DNA from: Victivallaceae bacterium
GTDB taxonomy: Bacteria; Verrucomicrobiota; Lentisphaeria; Victivallales; Victivallaceae
NCBI GenBank assembly: GCA_045534015.1
Contig: JAZSIZ010000060.1
Span: 372 to 64,371 of the forward strand
Direction: 5' to 3'
DNA length: 64,000 nt
The notes under the pieces were generated by a model, which saw only the letters and a program-made list of their open reading frames with translations, did not search any database and had not been told where the DNA came from. Numbering within the stretch: the stretch's first letter is position 1; each line of letters opens with the position of its first letter. The translations under genes were made by a program, and so were the position numbers. This document shows, piece after piece, positions 51,897 through 61,267 of the stretch.

Positions 51897-54800
51897 TTGC
51901 TCAACTCCTTTTTTTTTACATTTTCCCCGGCTGAATTTTTTGCCGGAGTTGTTTTTGCTTCCCAGATGATATTTTTGATCTCCGTTTGGTGGCTGCTTTC
52001 TCCGGCACTCCAGTTGACCAGTATTTGCAGCTGGATAAATTGCACTCCGGGCCACCATTTGCCTTTTTCCGGCACTAAAGAGCGACCGCTGACGGTAACC
52101 GTATAGACCTCTTCATCCTTAACTTCGGCATGGTGAAGATTGTAATATCCACCGCCTTTGCTTTGCCGGATAACAGTTCCGGCGGGCAGATCAACGGGGG
52201 AGGGGGAGTTCAATTCAATCACCCATTTGCCATCTTTGAAAGATATGGATCGGGCAAAAGTTTTCAGCGTAGTGCGATTGGGCAAGTCAGATAAATCATA
52301 CTTGGCGTTGACGTGAATTTCTCCACGGTTTTTCAAATCCCATTTTTCCGCATTTTTTACCGTCAGAAATTTATCTCCTTTTTTCAGCGGCATTATCAGT
52401 TCTGTTTCACTTCCGGCAACCGCATTTACGGCATTGGCAGGGATCCACCGTTTGTTTTTATCCAGCGGATGAGCGCAAATATAGATGGTGGAGTTTTTAT
52501 TTCCGGCAAGCTGTTTTGCTGTCAGGGTTATGGTGTAAGTTTTTTCCGGATCGATGGGAATGATGTTTTTGCTGCGCATTTCAGCTTTGCCGGTCGAGAT
52601 GAATGCTCCATCGGCAAAGATCGTGTTGGATGCAAGTTTCCACGCCTGCGGAGTGTTGTAGATCAACGTTTCCGGGGCTTTGCCCTGCATCGCTTTTTCT
52701 CCGGGAGTAAGCGGTTTAAGATATTTTTCACCTTTTTTCAGCAGCTTGATCGCAGGATATGAGAGAACCGCATCCACCGGCATATCATATCTCTGCCAGA
52801 AAAGCGTCTGCCGGTTGTTTTTGGTGATGAAATAGTAACGCAGCATATTCAGGCGGATGCTTTCCGGAGTTTTATCATATCCCAGAAGTGAAAACGGTAT
52901 TGTCACCATCATGCTCCAGCCGTTGGCATTATATTTGATCGGGACATCAAAAAATCCTTCCCAGCTGCCGTCTTTTTCCAGCTTGTCCATGATTACCCCT
53001 TTGGCATTGACCATCAGCTGAATACGTTTGTTTTGAGCATTGCCGATGAGAAATTCCATCATATTGCCGCCGGTCCACGTATCTCTTTTTGCCGACGGGG
53101 CAAAAACTTTGTCGCCGGGAACGCTGTCAAAACATCTTACACCCACATAAAGATTCTGGTCATCGTGAAGCATTCTCACTTCTGTTCTGACCTTGGCAGT
53201 GCCGGAAATATAAGGGGTGAAAACATCGTTCAACTCCGTGTCTTTCCACGCTCCGGTTTTGAAATCCGGATCAAATTCCGGAGTTTTTTCACAATATGCC
53301 GCCTGAAGTTTGGCAGTTTCACATTTGATCATCCGTTCAAATGAGGCAGTGAGGCGAGCCAGCATGATTCTGGCATTGGGGTGCATTTTCTTGGTGGCGG
53401 CTTTCTGCAGTAAAGTACGCAGTTTATTTTCCAGACCTGGATCATAGATCACCGCTTTTGCCCATGAACCGTAAGGACTTTCGTGCCAGTTGGAAACTCC
53501 CGGACTTTTCTTCCATGCGTTCTCAAGAATGGCGTAATATTCGCTGATTTCTTTTGCGGCATCACCATAGACCCGCTGGAAAAATATCTGGCGGTAATAT
53601 TCCACCCCCTTATACGGATCCCATGAAGCATTGCACAAAACCCAGAAGTAAGGCATATTCTGATCCCAGATATGGGGGCCTTGAGAATGCACAAAGCTTC
53701 TGCCGTTTGAATCATTGATCATCTCTGACATGGTGCGTCTTACATTATATTTTGAGTTGACAAACTGCCAGTCGGCAATGGCTATGGCATCCATGGGGCG
53801 GGGGAATTCAGCGACCAGACCGTAGTATTCCCGCCAGCACAGATCACTCCCGGTTTTGCTCCAATTCAGGAACTTATCAAATGATTCTTTATTTTTTGGA
53901 TGGGTGATCGGATATTTTGAATCCCGGAAGATCGGGGCGAAATTGACCTGGATTATCGGGTGGACATCACATGACGGAGCCGCCTCCGTCTGATAATAGG
54001 CATTGGTTTTGATTTTTTTATCCGGATAACGTTTGTGCAGTTCCGCCGCGATCCGGTTGAGCCACATGAAAAATTGTGTGGAGCGGTAATTTTTATCTTT
54101 GATGGTAATGACTTTGCCATTGGCAAGTTTTATCGGGGCGGTACAGCCGGGGCATTCACAGGAATCAAAAGTATCTTCCAAAACCACACCGAAAACATCA
54201 TAATCTTTTTTGTGTTCTTCCACTTTTTCCAGAAAATTTTTCAGCCACTCCTTGAAACACTCTTCATTGGATAAACACAATCCGGTTTGCAAGTGCCCAT
54301 TTTCTGACGGACGTTTGCGTCTGCCGTTGATCAGGTTGTAAAATTCCGGGTGTTTGTCATAATACTTTTTTTCCGGCATGTAATAGCCCACGATATTATG
54401 ATGACCATTGAATATGAAAAATTGGTCAAAATGGTGGCGATTCAGCTTGCCGTTGACGGTGTTATAGGTGCTGAATGAAGAGTTGTTGCGTACTTGCCAC
54501 AATTCAGTGGCAGGAACAAATAGATTGCTGTATTGGAATCCCCGCTGGGTGAATTTAGGAACTGAAATGAAATCAGTTTCAGTAAATACCAATGTGGGAT
54601 TTTTCGTGAAAATCATACCGAATTTCACATCCGGTCTTGCCCAGATAATGTCGGTGTTGTTAAAAAGCAGAGCGTGTACGCCACGGATCAATCCGGTTCC
54701 CCGTGTAGCGGCAATGGTGATGGTCTTGCCTTTGGCGCGGATGGCGAAACCATCTGTATTACCGATAGCGGCAAGATCGTGTTCCATGCCGGCAGGATTC

Positions 54801-55039
54801 AGAGCAAGTACGATTTGGACACAGCCGTTTTTACCAGGCGGTACGATGGGCAGAGTCGCTCCGGAAATCTCTTTGATCCATAATTGGAGTTCTTCAGCTG
54901 CGAAATCAGCAGCATCACCGGCATTGGCAGGCAGCACGATAACAGCTTTTGCCTTGCCGTTGCTGGTGATCATGATGCCGTTTGCAAGGAGTGTTATGCC
55001 GGAAAACAGGCACAAAAACAGCACGCATAACTTTTTCAT
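51893..55039 (-). CDS. DUF4838-like secreted protein with CBM9-like module and a C-terminal domain of unknown function
   Basis: Signal peptide, then an N-terminus typical of DUF4838 (KAKAVIVLPANAGDAADFAAEELQLWIKEISGA). A CBM9/DOMON-like segment follows (VRTEVRMLHDDQNLYVGVRCFD). The last ~250 aa are paralogous to the 259-aa ORF next door. Confidence 0.6.
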   Translation of the reverse strand: MKKLCVLFLCLFSGITLLANGIMITSNGKAKAVIVLPANAGDAADFAAEELQLWIKEISGATLPIVPPGKNGCVQIVLALNPAGMEHDLAAIGNTDGFAIRAKGKTITIAATRGTGLIRGVHALLFNNTDIIWARPDVKFGMIFTKNPTLVFTETDFISVPKFTQRGFQYSNLFVPATELWQVRNNSSFSTYNTVNGKLNRHHFDQFFIFNGHHNIVGYYMPEKKYYDKHPEFYNLINGRRKRPSENGHLQTGLCLSNEECFKEWLKNFLEKVEEHKKDYDVFGVVLEDTFDSCECPGCTAPIKLANGKVITIKDKNYRSTQFFMWLNRIAAELHKRYPDKKIKTNAYYQTEAAPSCDVHPIIQVNFAPIFRDSKYPITHPKNKESFDKFLNWSKTGSDLCWREYYGLVAEFPRPMDAIAIADWQFVNSKYNVRRTMSEMINDSNGRSFVHSQGPHIWDQNMPYFWVLCNASWDPYKGVEYYRQIFFQRVYGDAAKEISEYYAILENAWKKSPGVSNWHESPYGSWAKAVIYDPGLENKLRTLLQKAATKKMHPNARIMLARLTASFERMIKCETAKLQAAYCEKTPEFDPDFKTGAWKDTELNDVFTPYISGTAKVRTEVRMLHDDQNLYVGVRCFDSVPGDKVFAPSAKRDTWTGGNMMEFLIGNAQNKRIQLMVNAKGVIMDKLEKDGSWEGFFDVPIKYNANGWSMMVTIPFSLLGYDKTPESIRLNMLRYYFITKNNRQTLFWQRYDMPVDAVLSYPAIKLLKKGEKYLKPLTPGEKAMQGKAPETLIYNTPQAWKLASNTIFADGAFISTGKAEMRSKNIIPIDPEKTYTITLTAKQLAGNKNSTIYICAHPLDKNKRWIPANAVNAVAGSETELIMPLKKGDKFLTVKNAEKWDLKNRGEIHVNAKYDLSDLPNRTTLKTFARSISFKDGKWVIELNSPSPVDLPAGTVIRQSKGGGYYNLHHAEVKDEEVYTVTVSGRSLVPEKGKWWPGVQFIQLQILVNWSAGESSHQTEIKNIIWEAKTTPAKNSAGENVKKKELSK

Positions 55040-55060
55040 GGTTTTCTCCTGATATGTAAT

Positions 55061-55840
55061 TTATTCTTCGATAATGGAAATGTCTGTTATTTTCACCGTA
55101 TTGTCTTTGGCATCCTGATTCCAGTTGACCAGCAGTATCAGCTGAGTGTATTCCACGCCTTTCCACCATTTGCCAGCCTGGGGCGGAGCGGCATTGCCCT
55201 GAAGCGAGGCATTGAAGTTGTGGGTCGTGAAAATGTATTTTGCACCCACATGGAAGTATCCGCCGCTGTTTGCCTGACGGATGGTCAAACCGGCTGGCAG
55301 AGAAACTTTTACCGGTTTATCCAATTCAATTTTCCACACATTGCCATCCTGCTGGATTTTTACCGGATTGCTGTTGAGATTCAAAGCGTTGGGCAAATCA
55401 GACAAATCAGCTTTGGCATTGTAGTGGATCCCGCCTTTGTGAGAAAGTTTCCACTTTGAGGCATCTTTGATAAAGATCACTTTGTCGCCGGATTTTACCG
55501 GAGCAGTCAATTGTGTTTCTGTTCCGGTAACAGGGCTTACGGTATTGGCAGAAATCCAGCGGCGGCTGCCATCCAATGGATTCAACACCACATATACCAG
55601 CGATGGTTTGGTGCCGGAAGTTCGGGCGACCGTGACCTTGACGGTATATTTCTTTGCCGGATCGACGGGGAAGACTTTGCGGCAATTGAGCTGAGCCTTG
55701 CCGGTAACGGTGATCGCTCCATCGGCAAAGGTGACATTTTGCCGGGGATGCCAGTTCTTTGCATCCATATAGTCAAATTCAGCGGCATTGACCGTAAGGC
55801 ACACAGCGGCAAAGATCAGGGAAGAAAAAATTTTTTTCAT
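55061..55840 (-). CDS. Secreted protein consisting of a single domain of unknown function (paralogue of the DUF4838 protein C-terminus)
   Basis: Signal MKKIFSSLIFAAVCLTVNA. It aligns by eye over its whole mature length with residues ~790-1030 of the 1048-aa protein (FADGA..TGKA, P.DP.K.YT, PLD..RWI.AN, NAK.DLSDLPN, LPAG..IRQ..GGY, GKWW.GV...Q..ILVNW). Confidence 0.6.
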   Translation of the reverse strand: MKKIFSSLIFAAVCLTVNAAEFDYMDAKNWHPRQNVTFADGAITVTGKAQLNCRKVFPVDPAKKYTVKVTVARTSGTKPSLVYVVLNPLDGSRRWISANTVSPVTGTETQLTAPVKSGDKVIFIKDASKWKLSHKGGIHYNAKADLSDLPNALNLNSNPVKIQQDGNVWKIELDKPVKVSLPAGLTIRQANSGGYFHVGAKYIFTTHNFNASLQGNAAPPQAGKWWKGVEYTQLILLVNWNQDAKDNTVKITDISIIEE

Positions 55841-55861
55841 CTTGTTCAGCCTTTCTTAAAA

Positions 55862-56662
55862 TCAGGGTTTTGCCCATTCTGCCAGTTTGTGGGTGGTGTT
55901 TTCCTGATGCGGATTGAGGTATTTGTATCTGAAACTGCTGCTGATCGTGCCGGTATCATCGGCAATTTCAGAGATCGCCGCATCGGAAACGTGACCGCCG
56001 AGATGGATCATATTCATCCTTTCATTGTGGGTCGCGCGCAACTTGATGGTGTTATCATTGCCGTTGGCTTTGGGATAAACTTTATTGGTATAGCGGAAGA
56101 AATAAGGCTGGCTGGAGGTTGAACCCGGATGGATCTCTTTATTGGTGCCGTCAACCGCAAATGCCAGATCATTGCCATTGACAAAGCTGAGGAAATTGTT
56201 TACTTTGAATTGAGTATTGGAGTAACCGGAACTGCTCATATCGTGATAATAGCCGAATGCTCCGGTGTAATGGGTGTAGCTCATGGATGCCGCGATCTTG
56301 CCGCGGAACTCATTGGGATTGCTGTAAAGAGTCGTATCTACGGCTGAACCGCCGGGACAGGCAAGAAATTCACATGCACCGGTGATTTTGTAGATCTCTG
56401 AATACCAGGTCGCTTTGTCATCACCGTAACGGAGCAGGGTGCTCAAGGCATAACCATCGTAAGCATCAATGTAAAACTGATGCCCCAAACCGATTTGTTT
56501 AAGGTTGTTCTTGCAGCTGGCACTGCGTCCGCGCTCCCTTGCACTGTTGAGTGCCGGAAGCAGGATAGCCGCCAGAATAGCGATGATAGCGATCACGACC
56601 AGCAGCTCGATCAGGGTGAATGATTTTCTCGGAGAAGTTGAATCGGTGAAATACTTTTTCAT
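55862..56662 (-). CDS. Prepilin-type N-terminal cleavage/methylation protein, H-X9-DG-like (pseudopilin-like)
   Basis: [34 protein letters not shown]. The C-terminal variant is [19 protein letters not shown]. Confidence 0.8.
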   Translation of the reverse strand: MKKYFTDSTSPRKSFTLIELLVVIAIIAILAAILLPALNSARERGRSASCKNNLKQIGLGHQFYIDAYDGYALSTLLRYGDDKATWYSEIYKITGACEFLACPGGSAVDTTLYSNPNEFRGKIAASMSYTHYTGAFGYYHDMSSSGYSNTQFKVNNFLSFVNGNDLAFAVDGTNKEIHPGSTSSQPYFFRYTNKVYPKANGNDNTIKLRATHNERMNMIHLGGHVSDAAISEIADDTGTISSSFRYKYLNPHQENTTHKLAEWAKP

Positions 56663-56692
56663 GGTAGCACTCCTTTTTTTAGGTGGGTTGTT

Positions 56693-57637
56693 TTATTTTT
56701 GTTCACTTTCGAGATAGTCAAGATAACGGTCATAAAGGCCGTGGGCTCCGGCGTAGATGCTGTTGGGGCTCATAAAGTGGGAAAATTCAAAGGTCATGGC
56801 ATTTTTTATTCCTGCGGCTTCGGCGGCACGGAGTTTGTAAAGCATCTTTTCCCATTTTATCGGCAGGAAGCGGATCGGCATATCCCGGTCGAAACTTTCA
56901 CAGTTTGTCCAGCACTCCATTCCGAATTCTTCAATTATCCGGCGATTGATTTCCAGATATTTCTGCAATTCAAAAATATCCACATGACCATCCTGAAATG
57001 CCACAATATCCACCGCTCCGCGCAACTCGGAAAGGATGGTGCGCCACTCTTTTTCGTGAGCTTCCGGGGTGATGCTCGCATTGCCGGTGGCAGCTTCCGG
57101 ATTCCACTCGTTGCCCTCTTTGATGCCTTTGATAAATGGGGAGATCACTACCGGCAAGCCGCCGGAAAGTTCTTTGCAGTATTTGCCCAATCCGGCATAA
57201 AGACCGATGATATTTCCGGATTTAACACTGATTTCATGGCAGATGTACCATCCGGCAAAGGCTTTTCTGGAGCCGTATTTCTGCCACGCTTCAAGGGCGG
57301 TGCCTTTATTCAATTCGATCTCCTTTTCCCACATCCCGTTGGAAGAATAGTAGCGGCTGTGGTAAAGACCGAGGAAGAAACGCATATCATATTTTTCAGC
57401 CAGCCGGAGAAAGATATCCAGCAGATCGGTTTCCGGCATCGCTGTGCCGGCATTACGGTGCAGATATTCGCAGGGCCACGCTGTCCATCTTGCCAGACCG
57501 CTGCGGATCATGATCACGGTGTTTATACCGGCTGCTTTCATGGCGGCAAAATCGCGATCCCACTCTTTTTCTCCCCAATTCTGATGGGGAATATCCCAAC
57601 TTATCTCATCGATAAAAGTAGCTGTTATTTTAAGCAT
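56693..57637 (-). CDS. DUF4434-like TIM-barrel protein (putative glycoside hydrolase)
   Basis: TATFIDEISWDIPHQNWGEKEWDRDFAAMKAAGINTVIM is the characteristic DUF4434 N-terminus. No signal peptide is seen. Confidence 0.55.
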   Translation of the reverse strand: MLKITATFIDEISWDIPHQNWGEKEWDRDFAAMKAAGINTVIMIRSGLARWTAWPCEYLHRNAGTAMPETDLLDIFLRLAEKYDMRFFLGLYHSRYYSSNGMWEKEIELNKGTALEAWQKYGSRKAFAGWYICHEISVKSGNIIGLYAGLGKYCKELSGGLPVVISPFIKGIKEGNEWNPEAATGNASITPEAHEKEWRTILSELRGAVDIVAFQDGHVDIFELQKYLEINRRIIEEFGMECWTNCESFDRDMPIRFLPIKWEKMLYKLRAAEAAGIKNAMTFEFSHFMSPNSIYAGAHGLYDRYLDYLESEQK

Positions 57638-57669
57638 ATTAACATCCTTATGATATTGTTTGCAATTTT

Positions 57670-57697
57670 AATATATCCATCATGAGTAATGATTCAA
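57670..57697 (-). promoter_or_regulatory. Putative promoter (TTGAAT, 16 nt, TATATT) of the DUF4434-pseudopilin-DUF4838-GH36 operon
   Basis: The reverse complement reads ttgaat cattactcatgatgga tatatt. Confidence 0.45.
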
Positions 57698-57714
57698 ATG
57701 CTGTTGAAATTTTC

Positions 57715-57734
57715 TTGCGCACAGTTTGCGCACA
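57715..57734. promoter_or_regulatory. Two tandem TTGCGCACA motifs with 11-nt period, upstream of the -35 box (candidate regulator sites)
   Basis: ttgcgcaca occurs at 57715-57723 and 57726-57734. The 14-mer tttgcgcacaaaaa (57725-57738) recurs exactly at 60278-60291. Confidence 0.45.
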
Positions 57735-57745
57735 AAAATGATTCA

Positions 57746-60202
57746 TCACTTATTATAAGTTGTTTTCAGGTGATAAATCTTTATATCCTTTGCAATTTGC
57801 TCTGCCGAATATTCTTCTGCCGGGAAGAATATTATTTCCCGCATTTTTCCGGGCAGCAAAGTAAAATTGTTGTCAGAAAAAATCCCTTTGTACCCGGGGA
57901 GATCAAGCGCTGTAAAGAGTGCCGTACCGGATGCAGAAAGAGTGATGACAAATTCATTGCCCCGCCGGATGATTTCAGTTTTGATCTTTGTTTCCGGCAG
58001 AATCATATCTTTGAAAGGGGCAAAAAATACGCTGTTGCGGTGGTAGAATCTGCCGCCATCAGGAGTGGTGACCTCAAGATATATTTCCAGAAAATGTTCT
58101 TGGGGATCTATGGCAAATTTATGTTGACAATCTTTGATGATCTGCAAACATTGCCCTTGGGACAGATGGCGCGTATCGGTTCGTTTTTCCAGAAGTTCTC
58201 CGGAAATGTGCCTTTTTTCCACTGTGAGCATGGCTTGACACTCTTGGATAAGATCGCTGGTTATGTAAAGCGGGTAGTGGTTGTTTTCATCCTTATACAC
58301 CGCAGAAATCACCGGGGCATAGAAACGTTTGGCTTCATAATTGAGCAGTTTCCACTTGCCGCCGTATTCGATGCTTGACCATGATGCCACCGGCCAGTTG
58401 TCGTTGAATTGCCAGAAGATCGTCCCCATACAGCGGGGTCTCAAAGTGCGCCAGAACTCCACCCCGGTTTTGATTGCCAGAGCCTGCTGCACCTGGGAAA
58501 GATAGAGGAAGTTTTCCAACCCTTCCGGCTGACGGAAATATTTGGCGAACATGTCGATGATCGGCTGATTGCCCAGCCGGTGCTTCTGATGCCAGGAAAT
58601 CGCCGGAGAATGGATTTCCAGCTGATCATCAGGACAGAAAAGTTTTACGGTATCCAATGACGGAAACGATTGATAACCGAATTCCGAACAGAAACGGGGC
58701 TTGATCGAGTAATAAGCGGAAAATTCTTTGCCGCCATGCCAAACCTCCCAGTAGTGCATATCTCCGTGCCGGTCTTCATGCCAGTTGTCAGTGGTACTGC
58801 CGGGACCTCCGCAGGGTGAACTCGGCCAGAAAACCCTTTCCGGGTCAAGTGCAGCAGCTTTGGATGCCAGAAAATCATTGAGTCTTTTATACTGGATAAG
58901 CCACTGCTCTTTTTGTTCCGGTGTTCTGGTGAAGCATCCGCTGCACTCATTGTCGCCGCACCAGATTGCCAGCGAAGCGTGATGGCGCAAACGGCGTATC
59001 TGATACTCCAATTCTGAATCGACTCCGGCAAGGAATTCATCATCCGATGGATATTCGGAAACCGAGAACATCATATCCTGCCAGACCATCAATCCTTTTT
59101 TATCGCAAAGCTCATAGAAAATATCTTTTTCATAAAATCCGCCGCCCCATACCCGGATCATATTCATATTGGCAAGCCGGGCAGATTCCAGCAGATTTTC
59201 GTACCGTTCATCGGACATCCTGCCAGGCAGGGCATCACAGGGTATCCAGTTGGCACCTTTGGCAAAAATATCTTTGCCGTTCACCCGGAAAAAAAGCGAG
59301 GTTCCATACTCATCCGGCTGATGCACCGTCTCGATGGTGCGCAGACCGATCTGGCGGCAGAGTTTATCACCATCGGCGGCGGCATTCAGCTGGTAAAGTT
59401 CTGACTTACCCGCTCCATTGGGCCACCAGAGCCGGGGCGAGGGGACTGTAAAAGTGGTTTGCACCAGATTCATTCCCGGCTGCAATGAGACTGAAACGCT
59501 TTTACTTTCATTGTTAAATTCAAACGAGACACACTCTGTTGCCGGTTTTTCCGCATAAATTTCGGCAATCGCCGTAACTTCCGCCAGATCGGGCGAGTGC
59601 TTTTGCTCTGTTCTGATATTACGGATAACCAAATTATTGAAAGCAGAAAGCGTGATCGGAGCATACACCCCGTTGGCAGAAAGAAAAATCCCCCAATCCC
59701 AACCACCGGAACAGATCGGTTTGCGCACCTGATTGAGATCAGGGATCTTGCAGTAGCCGCATTGACGGAACTTCTGTCCCCGCTTTTCTGCAATTTTTTT
59801 TACCGCTTCATCTATCGATACAAAAGTGAGGCGGATATGGTTTTTGCCGGGACGCAGAAACCGTTTCACTTCCGTGTTATATGCCGCATAGAGATTGCTG
59901 CAGGAAACAACGTTATTGCCGTTGAGGGAAATTTCGCAAAAGGTATCGACCATAGACAGATCAAGAGAAATACATGCGTGATCCAGAAACTTCGCAGGCA
60001 AAGTAAATTCCCGTTCAAAGATCCAGCTTTCCAGACGGAAGTGTTGTATGATTTGTTCATTATCCGCCCAATATGGGTCAGGGCACAGCCCTGCATTTAT
60101 CAGTGCGCTGTAGTTATCCCCCGGCAGTTGAGCCGGAATATTCTGGTACTTGCCATTGGCTGTTGACAGTTGCCAAACGCCGTCAAGTGAAACTTTTTGC
60201 AT
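57746..60202 (-). CDS. Beta-mannosidase, glycoside hydrolase family 2
   Basis: MQKVSLDGVWQL...PGDNYSALINAGLCPDPYW, NMIRVWGGGFYE (acid/base region), WEVWHG and CSEFGYQS (nucleophile region). ATG at 60202 with RBS ggggga. The tracked ORF extends to 60310. Confidence 0.85.
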   Translation of the reverse strand: MQKVSLDGVWQLSTANGKYQNIPAQLPGDNYSALINAGLCPDPYWADNEQIIQHFRLESWIFEREFTLPAKFLDHACISLDLSMVDTFCEISLNGNNVVSCSNLYAAYNTEVKRFLRPGKNHIRLTFVSIDEAVKKIAEKRGQKFRQCGYCKIPDLNQVRKPICSGGWDWGIFLSANGVYAPITLSAFNNLVIRNIRTEQKHSPDLAEVTAIAEIYAEKPATECVSFEFNNESKSVSVSLQPGMNLVQTTFTVPSPRLWWPNGAGKSELYQLNAAADGDKLCRQIGLRTIETVHQPDEYGTSLFFRVNGKDIFAKGANWIPCDALPGRMSDERYENLLESARLANMNMIRVWGGGFYEKDIFYELCDKKGLMVWQDMMFSVSEYPSDDEFLAGVDSELEYQIRRLRHHASLAIWCGDNECSGCFTRTPEQKEQWLIQYKRLNDFLASKAAALDPERVFWPSSPCGGPGSTTDNWHEDRHGDMHYWEVWHGGKEFSAYYSIKPRFCSEFGYQSFPSLDTVKLFCPDDQLEIHSPAISWHQKHRLGNQPIIDMFAKYFRQPEGLENFLYLSQVQQALAIKTGVEFWRTLRPRCMGTIFWQFNDNWPVASWSSIEYGGKWKLLNYEAKRFYAPVISAVYKDENNHYPLYITSDLIQECQAMLTVEKRHISGELLEKRTDTRHLSQGQCLQIIKDCQHKFAIDPQEHFLEIYLEVTTPDGGRFYHRNSVFFAPFKDMILPETKIKTEIIRRGNEFVITLSASGTALFTALDLPGYKGIFSDNNFTLLPGKMREIIFFPAEEYSAEQIAKDIKIYHLKTTYNK

Positions 60203-60233
60203 TATTTTTCCCCCATTCTTTCTATGCTGATTA

Positions 60234-60261
60234 AATATAGCCGGAAATGGAGCTTTGACAA
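60234..60261 (-). promoter_or_regulatory. Putative GH2 promoter (TTGTCA, 16 nt, TATATT)
   Basis: The reverse complement reads ttgtca aagctccatttccggc tatatt. Confidence 0.45.
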
Positions 60262-60273
60262 CTGCTGACGGCA

Positions 60274-60293
60274 CTTTTTTTGCGCACAAAAAG
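60274..60293. promoter_or_regulatory. 20-bp near-palindrome CTTTTTTTGCGCACAAAAAG (18/20 symmetric), candidate operator between divergent promoters
   Basis: It is centred on GC|GC and lies between the -35 boxes of the GH2 and LacI promoters. It shares its core with the tandem motifs at 57715-57734. Confidence 0.45.
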
Positions 60294-60303
60294 GACACAA
60301 AAC

Positions 60304-60332
60304 TTGACAAGTACCATCTTGAGTACTATCTT
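60304..60332 (+). promoter_or_regulatory. Putative promoter of the second LacI gene (TTGACA, 17 nt, TATCTT)
   Basis: Reads ttgaca agtaccatcttgagtac tatctt. Confidence 0.4.
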
Positions 60333-60356
60333 AATAGACGAAAACACGAGGTGGTT

Positions 60357-61253
60357 ATGAATAAAAAAATCACAATGGAAAAACTGGCGGCTATGGCAGG
60401 GTGCTCTCACTCTACAGTCTCCCGGGCATTGAGCGGCAGTTCACGGATCTCTGCGGAAACCAAAAAACGTATTCTTGAGTTGGCTGCCCGTGAAAATTAC
60501 CGGGCACAAAAAGGGCAGCGCGTTGCGGCAACGATCTGGAACGTGGCGGACTTCGTGCCGGATCTTTACATCCAGTTGCTTCTTCAGCATCTGGCTATGG
60601 AGATGCACAAACGTCACTTCCGCAATATCAGCGTACCTTTTTACGACATTCCGCTGTTGAATGAGTTTTATATTACCGGGGCAGTTTCCATTGTTCCGTT
60701 TCACCGGATCGCCCGCAGCTGGTCGGCAAGCCGCCCGACACCGCTGGTTACGGTAAATGATTACAGTGAAACTGTCGGCGGTATCCATTCTGTCACTTCT
60801 GATGAATATGGTACAGTTTCCTCTGTCGTCGATATGCTGCTTGCCAGTGGTTGCCGCCGGCCGGTTTTTATATCACCCCAGGCCGATAACTATTGTCATA
60901 ATTTGCGTAATCAGAGCTATCTGGATGCAATGCACCGTAATGGCATAAAGCCGAGGGTCGCTACATATTTCCGGGGATTTACGGAAGATGATATTGCATA
61001 TCCGGAGGCAGACAGTTTTATTCTGGCAGGAGAAAATATTGTCTTTTTGAAACACGGGATTTTGCGCCGTTTTCCTTCAGCAAAACTGGCGGTCTGGTAT
61101 TTCAAAGAGGAAAAGCATGACGGAGAGATCGCTGTTGTGCAAAATTTTGCCGAATTGGCTTCACAGGCAGTATCTTTGCTTGAGTGTTCCATAAATACTC
61201 CGGCAGATGCTGAAAATCGCAAAATCCCCTGTCTGATCAGAAATTTTCTGTAA
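60357..61253 (+). CDS. LacI family transcriptional regulator
   Basis: HTH ITMEKLAAMAGCSHSTVSRALSG. ATG at 60357 follows gaggtgg. The tracked ORF start (60255) would lie inside the promoter region. Confidence 0.8.
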   Translation: MNKKITMEKLAAMAGCSHSTVSRALSGSSRISAETKKRILELAARENYRAQKGQRVAATIWNVADFVPDLYIQLLLQHLAMEMHKRHFRNISVPFYDIPLLNEFYITGAVSIVPFHRIARSWSASRPTPLVTVNDYSETVGGIHSVTSDEYGTVSSVVDMLLASGCRRPVFISPQADNYCHNLRNQSYLDAMHRNGIKPRVATYFRGFTEDDIAYPEADSFILAGENIVFLKHGILRRFPSAKLAVWYFKEEKHDGEIAVVQNFAELASQAVSLLECSINTPADAENRKIPCLIRNFL

Positions 61254-61267
61254 AGGAAATCGGTTTT

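Noticed and set aside
56699-57685. 328-aa ORF antisense to the DUF4434-like gene, and similar long antisense ORFs at 48269-49249, 16352-17236, 3299-4069, 24461-25090, 31147-31764 and 42509-43159
   Set aside because: Each is nested opposite a gene with clear family signatures. None has an RBS-supported start or recognisable domain, and the compositions are odd (Phe/Ile/Arg-rich).
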